The notes under the pieces: model-generated
Seen by the model: only the letters and a program-made list of their open reading frames with translations
Database searches by the model: none
What the model was told of the DNA's origin: nothing
Shown here: piece after piece, positions 11,709 through 22,994 of the stretch
Position numbering within the stretch: position 1 is the first letter of the stretch
Layout of the letters: every line of letters starts with the position of its first letter
Source of the DNA: Eledone cirrhosa
Taxonomy: Eukaryota
DNA length: 64,000 nt
Assembly: GCA_964016885.1 (NCBI GenBank)
Contig: OZ024744.1
Coordinates: 130,758,001 to 130,822,000, forward strand
Direction: 5' to 3'
Translations under genes and position numbers: made by a program

Positions 11709-12975
11709 AATCGGGGTTAAGTTAAGTTGGCGTTATGTTAAGTCAGGCTTAACTTAAGTTGGGGTTCAGTTAAGTTGGGGGTAAGTTAAGTTGGGGGTAA
11801 GTTAAGTTGGGGTTAAGTTAAGTTGCAGTTAAGTTGGTGTTAAGTTAAGTTAGGGTTAAGTTAAGTTGGGGTTGAGTTAAGTTGGGGTTAATTAAGTGGT
11901 GGTTATGTTAAGTTGGGGTTAATTTAAATTGGGGTTAAGTTAACTTTGTGGTTAAGTTAAGTTGGGGTTAAGTTAAGTTGGGGTTAAGTTGGGGTTGAGT
12001 TAAGTTGGGGTTGAGTGAAGTTGGGGTTAAGTTAAGTTGGGGTAAAGTTAAGTTGGGGTTAAGTTAAGTCGGGGTTAAGTTAAGTTGAGGTTAAGTTAAG
12101 TTGGGGTTAAATTAAGTTGGGGTTAAGTTAAGTTGGGGTTAAGTTAAGTTGGGGTTAAGTTAAGTTGGGGATAAGTTAAGTTGGGGATAATTTAAGTTGG
12201 GGTTAAGTTAAGTTGGGTTTAAGTTAAGTTGGGGTTAAGTTAAGTTGGGGTTAAGTTAAGTTGGGGTTAAGTTAAGTTGGGGTTAAGTTAAGTTGGGGCT
12301 AAGTTAAGTTGGGGCTGAGTTAAGTTGGGGTTAAGTTAAATTGGGGTTAAGTTAAGTTGGGGTTAAGTTAAGTTGGGGTTAAGTTAAGTTGGGGTTTATT
12401 TAAGTTGGGGTTAAGTTAAGTTGGGGTTCAGTTAAGTTGGGGTTCAGTTAAGTTGGGGTTAAGTTAAGTTGGGGTTAAGATGGGGTTAAATTAAGTTGGG
12501 GTTAAGTTAAGTTGGGGTTAAGTTAAGTTGGGGTTAAGTTAAGTCGGGGTTAAGTTAAGTTGGGGTTAAGATGGGGTTAAATTAAGTTGGGGTTAAGTTA
12601 AGTTGGGGTTCAGTTAAGTTGGGGTTAAGTTAAGTCGGGGTTAAGTTAAGTCGGGGTTAAGTTAAGTTAGGGTTCAGTTAAGTTGGGGTTAAGTTAAGTT
12701 GGGGTTGAGTTAAGTTGGGGTTGAGTTAAGTTGGGGTTAAGTTAAGATGGGGTTAAGTTAAGTTGCAGTTAAGTTAAGTTGAGGTTAAGTTAAGGTGCGG
12801 TTAAGTTAAGTTGGGGTTAAGTTAAGTTGGGGTCAAGTTAAGTTGGGGTTAAGTTAAGTTGGTTAGTTAAGTTGAGTTTAAGTTAAGTTGGGGTTAATTT
12901 AAGTTGGGGTTAAGTTAAGTTGGGGTTAAGTTAAGTTGGGGTTAAGTTAAGTTGGGGTTAAGTTAAGTTGGGGTT

Positions 12976-13175
12976 AACCCCAACTTAACTTAACCCCAAC
13001 TTCACTCAACCCCAACGTAACTCAACCCCAACTTAACTTAACCCCAACTTCACTCAACCCCAACTTAACTTAACCCCAACTTCACTCAACACCAACTTAA
13101 GTCAACCCCAACTTAACTTAACCCCAACTTGACTTAACCCCAACTTAAATTAGCCCCAACTTAACTTAAGCCCAA
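12976..13175 (-). repeat. Inverted satellite cassette, type B (200 bp)
   Basis: AACACCAACTTAAGTC signature, 7,980 bp after the 4996 copy. Confidence 0.97.
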
Positions 13176-16100
13176 AATCGGGGTTAAGTTAAGTTGGCGT
13201 TATGTTAAGTCAGGCTTAACTTAAGTTGGGGTTCAGTTAAGTTGGGGGTAAGTTAAGTTGGGGGTAAGTTAAGTTGGGGTTAAGTTAAGTTGCAGTTAAG
13301 TTGGGGTTAAGTTAAGTTAGGGTTAAGTTAAGTTGGGGTTGAGTTAAGTTGGGGTTAATTAAGTGGTGGTTATGTTAAGTTGGGGTTAATTTAAATTGGG
13401 GTTAAGTTAACTTTGTGGTTAAGTTAAGTTGGGGTTAAGTTAAGTTGGGGTTAAGTTGGGGTTGAGTTAAGTTGGGGTTGAGTGAAGTTGGGGTTAAGTT
13501 AAGTTGGGGTAAAGTTAAGTTGGGGTTAAGTTAAGTCGGGGTTAAGTTAAGTTGTGGTTGAGTTAAGTTGGGGTTAATTTAAGTTGGGGCTAAGTTAATT
13601 TGTGGTTAAGTTAAGTTGGGCTTAAGTTAAGTTGGGGTTAAGTTAAGTTGGGGTTGAGTTAAGTTGGGGTTGAGGTAAGTTGGGGTTAAGTTAAGTTGGG
13701 GTCAAGTTAAGTTGGGGTTAAGTTGGGGTTAAGTTAAGTTAGGTTTAAGTTAAGTTGGGGTTAAGTTAAGTTGGGGTTAAGTTAAGTTGGGGTTAAGTTA
13801 AGTTGGGGTTAAGTTAAGTTGGGGTTAAGTTAAGTTGGGGTTAAGTTAAGTCGGGGTTAAGTTAAGTTGGGGTTAAGTTAAGTTGGGGTTAATTTAAGTT
13901 GGGGTTAAATTAAGTTGGGGTTAAGTTAAGTTGGGGTTAAGTTAAGTTGGGGTTAAGTTAAGTTGGGGTTAAATTAAGTTGGGGTTAAGTTAAGTTGGGG
14001 TTAAGTTAAGTTGGTGTTAAGTTAAGTTGGGGCTAAGTTAAGTTGGGGCTGAGTTAAGTTGGGGCTGAGTTAAGTTGGGGCTAAGTTAAGTTGGGTTTGA
14101 GTTAAGTTGGGGTTAAGTTGGGGTTAAGTTAAGTTAGGTTTAAGTTAAGTTGGGGTTAAGTTAAGTTGGGGTTAAGTTAAGTTGGGGTTAAGTTAAGTTG
14201 GGGCTAAGTTAAGTTGGGGCTAATTTACGTTGGGGTTAAGTTAAGTTGGGGTTAAGTTAAGTCGGGGTTAAGTTAAGTTGGGGTTAAGTTAAGTTGGGGT
14301 TAATTTAAGTTGGGGTTAAGTTAATTTGGGGTTAAGTTAAGTTGGGGTTAAGTTAAGTTGGGGTTAAGTTAAGTCGGGGTTAATTTAAGTCGGGGTTAAG
14401 TTAAGTTAGGGTTCAGTTAAGTTGGGGTTAAGTTAAGTTGGGGTTGAGTTAAGTTGGGGTTGAGTTAAATTGGGGTTGAGTTAAGTTGGGGTTGAGTTAA
14501 GTTGGTGTTGAGTTAAGTTGGGGTTAAGTTAAGTTGGGGTTAAGTTAAGTTGCAGTTAAGTTAAGTTGAGGTTAAGTTAAGGTGGGGTTAAGTTAAGTCG
14601 GGGTTAAGTTAAGTTGTGGTTGAGTTAAGTTGGGGCTGAGTTAAGTTGGGGCTAAGTTAAGTTGGGGTTGAGTTAAGTTGGGGTTAAGTTGGGGTTAAGT
14701 TAAGTCGGGGTTAAGTTAAGTTGTGGTTGAGTTAAGTTGGGGTTAATTTAAGTTGGGGCTAAGTTAATTTGTGGTTAAGTTAAGTTGGGGTTAAGTTAAG
14801 TTGGGGTTAAGTTAAGTTGGGGTTGAGTTAAGTTGGGGTTGAGTTAAGTTGGGGTTAAGTTAAGTTGGGGTCAAGTTAAGTTGGGGTTAAGTTGGGGTTA
14901 AGTTAAGTTAGGTTTAAGTTAAGTTGGGGTTAAGTTAAGTTGGGGTTAAGTTAAGTTGGGGTTAAGTTAAGTTGGGGTTAAGTTAAGTTGGGGTTAAGTT
15001 AATTTGTGGTTAAGTTAAGTTGGGGTTAAGTTAAGTTGGGGTTAAGTTAAGTCGGGGTTAAGTTAAGTTGGGGTTAAGTTAAGTTGGGGTTAATTTAAGT
15101 TGGGGTTAAGTTAAGTTGGGGTTAAATTAAGTTGGGGTTAAGTTAAGTTGGGGTTAAGTTAAGTTGGTGTTAAGTTAAGTTGGGGCTAAGTTAAGTTGGG
15201 GCTGAGTTAAGTTGGGGCTGAGTTAAGTTGGGGCTAAGTTAAGTTGGGGTTGAGTTAAGTTGGGGTTAAGTTGGGGTTAAGTTAAGTTAGGTTTAAGTTA
15301 AGTTGGGGTTAAGTTAAGTTGGGGTTAAGTTAAGTTGGGGTTAAGTTAAGTTGGGGTTAAGTTAAGTTGGGGTTAAGTTAAGTCGGGGTTAAATTAAGTT
15401 GGGGTTAAGTTAAGTTGGGGTTAATTTAAGTTGGGGTTAAGTTATGTTGGGGTTAAGTTAATTGGGGTTAAGTTAAGTTGGGGATAATTTAAGTTGGGGT
15501 TAAGTTAAGTTGGGTTTAAGTTAAGTTGGGGTTAAGTTAAGTTGGGGCTAAGTTAAGTTGGGGCTAAGTTAAGTTGGGGTTAAGTTAAGTTGGGGTTAAG
15601 TTAAGTCGGGGTTAAGTTAAGTTGGGGTTAAGTTAAGTTGGGGTTAATTTAAGTTGGGGTTGAGTTAAGTTGGTGTTGAGTTAAGTTGGGGTTAAGTTAA
15701 GTTGGGGTTAAGTTAAGTTGCAGTTAAGTTAAGTTGGGGTTAAGTTAATTTGGGGTTGAGTTAATTCGGGGTTAAGTTAAGTTGGGGTCAAGTTAAGTTG
15801 GGGTTAAGTTGGGGTTAAGTTAAGTTAGGTTTAAGTTAAGTTGGGGTTAAGTTAAGTTGGGGTTAAGTTAAGTTGGGGTTAAGTTAAGTTGGGGTTAAGT
15901 TAAGTCGGGGTTAAGTTAAGTTGGGGTTAAGTTAAGTTGGGGTTAAGTTAAGTTGGGGTTAAGTTAAGTTGGGGTTAAATTAAGTTGGGGTTAAGTTAAG
16001 TTGAGGTTAAGTTAAGTTGGGGTTAAATTAAGTTGGGGTTAAGTTAAGTTGGGGTTAAGTTAAGTTGGGGTTAAGTTAAGTTGGGGATAAGTTAAGTTGG

Positions 16101-17673
16101 GGATAATTTAAGTTGGGGTTAAGTTAAGTTGGGTTTAAGTTAAGTTGGGGTTAAGTTAAGTTGGGGTTAATTTAAGTTGGGGTTAAGTTAAGTTGGGGTT
16201 AAGTTAAGTTGGGGTTAAGTTAAGTTGGGGTTAAGTTAAGTTGGGGTTAAGTTAAGTTGGGGTTAAGTTAAGTTGGGGTTAAGTTAAGTTGAGGTTAAGT
16301 TAAGTTGGGGTTAAATTAAGTTGGGGTTAAGTTAAGTTGGGGTTAAGTTAAGTTGGGGTTAAGTTAAGTTGGGGATAAGTTAAGTTGGGGATAATTTAAG
16401 ATGGGGTTAAGTTAAGTTGGGTTTAAGTTAAGTTGGGGTTAAGTTAAGTTGGGGTTAATTTAAGTTGGGGTTAAGTTAAGTTGGGGCTAAGTTAAGTTGG
16501 GGCTGAGTTAAGTTGGGGTTAAGTTAAGTTGGGGTTAAGTTAAGTTGGGGTTAATTTAAGTTGGGGTTTATTTAAGTTGGGGTTAAGTTAAGTTGGGGTT
16601 CAGTTAAGTTGGGGTTAAGTTAAGTTGGTGTTAAGATGGGGTTAAATTAAGTTGGGGTTAAGTTAAGTTGGGGTTAAGTTAAGTTGGGGTTAAGTTAAGT
16701 TGGGGTTAAGTTAAGTCGGGGTTAAGTTAAGTCGGGGTTAAGTTAAGTTAGGGTTCAGTTAATTGGGGTTAAGTTAAGTTGGGGTTGAGTTAAGTTGGGG
16801 TTGAGTTAAATTGGGGTTGAGTTAAGTTGGGGTTGAGTTAAGTTGGTGTTGAGTTAAGTTGGGGTTAAGTTAAGTTGGGGTTAAATTAAGTTGGGGTTAA
16901 ATTAAGTTGGGGTTACGTTAAGTTGGTGCTAAGTTAAGTTGGGGTTAATTTAAGTTGGGGTTAATTAAGTTGGGGTTAAGTTAAGTTGGGGTTAAGTTAA
17001 GTTGGGGTTAATTTAAGTTGGGGTTGAGTTAAGTTGGGGTTAAGTTAATTTGGGGTTATATTAAGTTGGGGTTAAGTTAAGTTGTGGTTCAGTTAAGTTG
17101 GGGTTAAGTTAAGTTGGAGTTAAGTTAAGTTGGTGTTAAGTTAAGTTGGGGCTAAGTTAAGTTGGGGCTGAGTTAAGTTGGGGCTGAGTTAAGTTGGGGC
17201 TAAATTAAGTTGGGGTTGAGTTAAGTTGGGGTTAAGTTGGGGTTAAGTTAAGTTAGGTTTAAGTTAAGTTGGGGTTAAGTTAAGTTGGGGTTAAGTTAAG
17301 TTGGGGTTAAGTTAAGTTGGGGTTAAGTTAAGTTGGGGTTAAGTTAAGTTGGGGTTAAGTTAATTTGTGGTTAAGTTAAGTTGTGGTTAAGTTAAGTTGG
17401 GGTTAAGTTAAGTTGGGGTTAATTTAAGTTGGGGTTAAGTTAAGTTGGGGTTAAGTTAAGTTGGGGTTAAGTTAAGTTGGGGTTAAGTTAAGTTGGGGAT
17501 AATTTAAGTTGGGGTTAAGTTAAGTTTGAGTTTAAGTTAAGTTGGGGTTAAGTTAAGTTGGTTAGTTAAGTTGAGTTTAAGTTAAGTTGGGGTTAATTTA
17601 AGTTGGGTTAAGTTAAGTTGGGGTTAAGTTAAGTTGGGGTTAAGTTAAGTTGGGGTTAAGTTAAGTTGGGGTT

Positions 17674-17848
17674 AACCCCAACTTAACTTAACCCCAACTT
17701 CACTCAACCCCAACGTAACTCAACCCCAACTTAACTTAACCCCAACTTCACTCAACCCCAACTTAACTTAACCCCAACTTCACTCAACCCCAACTTCCAA
17801 CTTGACTTAACCCCAACTTAACTTAGCCCCAACTTAACTTAAGCCCAA
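17674..17848 (-). repeat. Inverted satellite cassette, type A (A1 context)
   Basis: CTTCCAACTTGAC signature, followed by GGCG x2, AGGCTTAACTTAAG and GAGTAAAG markers. Confidence 0.97.
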
Positions 17849-20421
17849 AGTCGGGGTTAAGTTAAGTTGGCGTTAAGTTAAGTTGGCGTTAAGTTAAGTT
17901 AGGCTTAACTTAAGTTGGGGTTCAGTTAAGTTGGGGGTAAGTTAAGTTGGGGTTCAGTTAAGTTAGGGTTAAGTTAAGTTGGGGTTGAGTAAAGTTGGGG
18001 TTAATTAAGTGGTGGTTATGTTAAGTTGGGGTTAAGTTAAGTTGGGGTTAATTTAAATTGGGGTTAAGTTAACTTTGTGGTTAAGTTAAGTTGGGGTTAA
18101 GTTAAGTTGGGGTAAAGTTGGGGTTGAGTTAAGTTGGGGTTGAGTGAAGTTGGGGTTAAGTTAAGTTGGGGTTAAGTTAAGTTGGGGTTAAGATAAGTCG
18201 GGGTTAAGTTAAGTTGTGGTTGCGTTAAGTTGGGGTTAATTTAAGTTGGGGCTAAGTTAATTTGTGGTTAAGTTAAGTTGGGGTTAAGTTAAGTTGGGGT
18301 TAAGTTAAGTTGGGGTTGAGTTAAGTTGGGGCTGAGTTAATTTGGGTTTAAGTTAAGTTGGGGTTAAGTTAAGTTGGGGCTAAGTTAAGTTGGGGCTGAG
18401 TTAAGTTGGGGCTGAGTTAAGTTGGGGTTAAATTAAGTTGGGGTTACGTTAAGTTGGTGTTAAGTTAAGTTGGGGGTAAGTTAAGTTGGGGGCAAGTTAA
18501 GTTGGGGTTAATTTAAGTTGGGGTTAAATTAAGTTGGGGTTACGTTAAGTTGGTGTTAAGTTAAGTTGGGGTTAATTTAAGTTGGGGTTAATTAAGTTGG
18601 GGTTAAGTTAAGTTGGGGTTAAGTTAAGTTGGGGTTAATTTAAGTTGGGGTTGAGTTAAAATGGGGTTAAGTTAAGTTGGGGTTATATTAAGTTGGGGTT
18701 AAGTTAAGTTGGGGTTCGGTTAAGTTGGGGTTAAGTTAAGTTGGGGTTAAGTGAAGTTAAGGTTAAGTTAAGTTGGGGTTAAGTTAAGTTGGTGTTAAGT
18801 TAAGTTGGGGCTAAGTTAAGTTGGGGCTGAGTTAAGTTGGGGCTGAGTTAAGTTGGGGCTAAGTTAAGTTGGGGTTGAGTTAAGTTGGGGTTAAGTTGGG
18901 GTTAAGTTAAGTTAGGTTTAAGTTAAGTTGGGGTTAAGTTAAGTTGGGGTTAAGTTAAGTTGGGGTTAAGTTAAGTTGGGGTTAAGTTAAGTTGGGGTTA
19001 AGTTAAGTTGGGGTTAAGTTAAGTTGGGGTTAAGTTAATTTGTGGTTAAGTTAAGTTGTGGTTAAGTTGGGGTTAAGTTAAGTTGGGGTTAAGTTAAGTC
19101 GGGGTTAAGTTAAGTTGGGGTTAAGTTAAGTTGGGGTTAATTAAGTTGGGGTTAAGTTAAGTTGGGGTTAAGTTAAGTTGGGGTTAATTTAAGTTGGGGT
19201 TGAGTTAAGTTGGGGTTGAGTTAAATTGGGGTTGAGTTAAGTTGGGTTGAGTTAAGTTGGTGTTGAGTTAAGTTGGGGTTGAGTTAAGTTGGGGTTAAAT
19301 TAAGTTGGGGTTAAATTAAGTTGGGGTTAAGTTAAGTTGGGGGTAAGTTAAGTTGGGGGCAAGTTAAGTTGGGGTTAATTTAAGTTGGGGTTAAATTAAG
19401 TTGGGGTTACGTTAAGTTGGTGCTAAGTTAAGTTGGGGTTAATTTAAGTTGGGGTTAATTAAGTTGGGGTTAAGTTAAGTTGGGGTTAAGTTAAGTTGGG
19501 GTTAATTTAAGTTGGGGTTGAGTTAAGTTGGGGTTAAGTTAATTTGGGGTTATATTAAGTTGGGGTTAAGTTAAGTTGGGGTTCAGTTAAGTTGGGGTTA
19601 AGTTAAGTTGGGGTTAAGTTAAGTTGAGGTTAAGTTAAGTTGGGGTTAAGTTAAGTTGGTGTTAAGTTAAGTTGGGGCTAAGTTAAGTTGGGGCTGAGTT
19701 AAGTTGGGGCTGAGTTAAGTTGGGGCTAAATTAAGTTGGGGTTGAGTTAAGTTGGGGTTAAGTTGGGGTTAAGTTATGTTAGGTTTAAGTTAAGTTGGGG
19801 TTAAGTTAAGTTGGGGTTAAGTTAAGTTGGGGTTAAGTTAAGTTGGGGTTAAGTTAAGTTGGGGTTAAGTTAAGTTGGGGTTAAGTTAATTTGTGGTTAA
19901 GTTAAGTTGTGGTTAAGTTAAGTTGGGGTTAAGTTAAGTTGGGGTTAATTTAAGTTGGGGTTAAGTTAAGTTGGGGTTAAGTTAAGTTGGGGTTAAGTTA
20001 AGTTGGGGTTAAGTTAAGTTGGGGATAATTTTAGTTGGGGTTAAGTTAAGTTTGAGTTTAAGTTAAGTTGGGGTTAAGTTAAGTTGGGGTTAAGTTAAGT
20101 TGGGGTTAAGTTAAGTTGGTTAGTTAAGTTGAGTTTAAGTTAAGTTGGGGTTAATTTAAGTTGGGGTTAAGTTAAGCTGGGGTTAAGTTAAGTTGGGGTT
20201 AAGTTAAGTTGGGGTTAATTTAAGTTGGGGTTAAGTTAAGTTGGGGTTAAGTTAAGTCGGGGTTAAGTTAAGTTGGGGTTAAGTTAAGTTGGGGTTAAGT
20301 TAAGTTGGGGTTAAGTTAAGTTGGTTAGTTAAGTTGAGTTTAAGTTAAGTTGGGGTTAATTTAAGTTGGGGTTAAGTTAAGTTGGGGTTAAGTTAAGTTG
20401 GGGTTAAGTTAAGTTGGGGTT

Positions 20422-20596
20422 AACCCCAACTTAACTTAACCCCAACTTCACTCAACCCCAACGTAACTCAACCCCAACTTAACTTAACCCCAACTTCACT
20501 CAACCCCAACTTAACTTAACCCCAACTTCACTCAACCCCAACTTCCAACTTGACTTAACCCCAACTTAACTTAGCCCCAACTTAACTTAAGCCCAA
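20422..20596 (-). repeat. Inverted satellite cassette, type A (A2 context)
   Basis: Type A signature, duplicated upstream GGTTAG marker, shortened downstream flank. Confidence 0.97.
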
Positions 20597-22819
20597 AGTC
20601 GGGGTTAAGTTAAGTTGGCGTTAAGTTAAGTTGGGGTTAAGTTAAGTTGGGGTAAAGTTGGGGTTGAGTTAAGTTGGGGTTGAGTGAAGTTGGGGTTAAG
20701 TTAAGTTGGGGTTAAGTTAAGTTGGGGTTAAGATAAGTCGGGGTTAAGTTAAGTTGTGGTTGAGTTAAGTTGGGGTTAATTTAAGTTGGGGCTAAGTTAA
20801 TTTGTGGTTAAGTTAAGTTGGGGTTAAGTTAAGTTGGGGTTAAGTTAAGTTGGGTTTAAGTTAAGTTGGGGTTAAATTAAGTTGGGGTTAAATTAAGTTG
20901 GGGTTAAGTTAAGTTGGGGGTAAGTTAAGTTGGGGGAAAGTTAAGTTGGGGTTAATTTAAGTTGGGGTTAAATTAAGTTGGGGTTACGTTAAGTTGGTGT
21001 TAAGTTAAGTTGGGGTTAATTTAAGTTGGGGCTAATTAAGTTGGGGTTAAGTTAAGTTGGGGTTAAGTTAAGTTGGGGTTAATTTAAGTTGGGGTTGAGT
21101 TAAGTTGGGGTTAAGTTAAGTTGGGGTTATATTAAGTTGGGGTTAAGTTAAGTTGGGGTTCAGTTAAGTTGGGGTTAAGTTAAGTTGGGGTTAAGTTAAG
21201 TTGAGGTTAAGTTAAGTTGGGGTTAAGTTAAGTTGTTGTTAAGTTAAGTTGGGGCTAAGTTAAGTTGGGGCTGAGTTAAGTTGGGGCTGAGTTAAGTTGG
21301 GGCTAAGTTAAGTTGGGGTTGAGTTAAGTTGGGGTTAAGTTGGGGTTAATTAAGTTAGGTTTAAGTTAAGTTGGGGTTAAGTTAAGTTGGGGTTAAGTTA
21401 AGTTGGGGTTAAGTTAAGTTGGGGTTAAGTTAAGTTGGGGTTAAGTTAAGTTGGGGTTAAGTTAATTTGTGGTTAAGTTAAGTTGTGGTTAAGTTAAGTT
21501 GGGGTTAAGTTAAGTTGGGGATAATTTAAGTTGGGGTTTATTTAAGTTGGGGTTAAGTTAAGTTGGGGTTCAGTTAAGTTGGGGTTAAGTTAAGTTGGGG
21601 TTAAGATGGGGTTAAATTAAGTTGGGGTTAAGTTAAGTTGGGGTTAAGTTAAGTTGGGGTTAAGTTAAGTTGGGGTTAAGTTAAGTCGGGGTTAAGTTAA
21701 GTCGGGGTTAAGTTAAGTTAGGGTTCAGTTAAGTTGGGGTTAAGTTAAGTTGGGGTTGAGTTAAGTTGGGGTTGAGTTAAATTGGGGTTGAGTTAAGTTG
21801 GGGTTGAGTTAAGTTGGTGTTGAGTTAAGTTGGGGTTAAGTTAAGTTGGGGTTAAATTAAGTTGGGGTTAAGTTAAGTTAGGGTTAAGTTAAGTTGAGGT
21901 TAAGTTAAGTTGGGGTTAAGTTAAGTTGGTGTTAAGTTAAGTTGGGGCTAAGTTAAGTTGGCGCTGAGTTAAGTTGGGGCTGAGTTAAGTTGGGGCTAAG
22001 TTAAGTTGGGGTTGAGTTAAGTTGGGGTTAAGTTGGGGTTAAGTTAAGTTAGGTTTAAGTTAAGTTGGGTTTAAGTTAAGTTGGGGTTAAGTTAAGTTGG
22101 GGTTAAGTTAAGTTGGGGTTAAGTTAAGTTGGGGTTAAGTTAAGTTGGGGTTAAGTTAATTTGTGGTTAAGTTAAGTTGTGGTTAAGTTAAGTTGGGGTT
22201 AAGTTAAGTTGGGGTTAAGTTAAGTCGGGGTTAAGTTAAGTTGGGGTTAAGTTAAGTTGGGGTTAAGTTAAGTTGGGGTTAAGTTAAGTTGGGGTTAAGT
22301 TAAGTCGGGGTTAAGTTAAGTTGGGGTTAAGTTAAGTTGGGGTTAATTTAAGTTGGGGTTAAGTTAAGTTGGGGTTAAGTTAAGTTGGGGTTAAGTTAAG
22401 TTGGGGTTAAGTTAAGTTGGGGATAATTTAAGTTGGGGTTAAGTTAAGTTTGAGTTTAAGTTAAGTTGGGGTTAAGTTAAGTTGGGGTTAAGTTAAGTTG
22501 GGGTTAAGTTAAGTTGGTTAGTTAAGTTGAGTTTAAGTTAAGTTGGGGTTAATTTAAGTTGGGGTTAAGTTAAGCTGGGGTTAAGTTAAGTTGGGGTTAA
22601 GTTAAGTTGGGGTTAATTTAAGTTGGGGTTAAGTTAAGTTGGGGTTAAGTTAAGTCGGGGTTAAGTTAAGTTGGGGTTAAGTTAAGTTGGGGTTAAGTTA
22701 AGTTGGGGTTAAGTTAAGTTGGTTAGTTAAGTTGAGTTTAAGTTAAGTTGGGGTTAATTTAAGTTGGGGTTAAGTTAAGTTGGGGTTAAGTTAAGTTGGG
22801 GTTAAGTTAAGTTGGGGTT

Positions 22820-22994
22820 AACCCCAACTTAACTTAACCCCAACTTCACTCAACCCCAACGTAACTCAACCCCAACTTAACTTAACCCCAACTTCACTCA
22901 ACCCCAACTTAACTTAACCCCAACTTCACTCAACCCCAACTTCCAACTTGACTTAACCCCAACTTAACTTAGCCCCAACTTAACTTAAGCCCAA
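22820..22994 (-). repeat. Inverted satellite cassette, type A (A2 context)
   Basis: As 20422. Confidence 0.97.

Larger units (their letters stand above)
10492..18375 (+). repeat. ~7.98-kb higher-order repeat, copy 2 (80-bp deletion near 16.9 kb)
   Basis: 4996 to 12976 offset is 7,980 and 9774 to 17674 offset is 7,900. The GGGGGT/GGGGGC monomers present at ~8945 are missing here. Confidence 0.88.
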
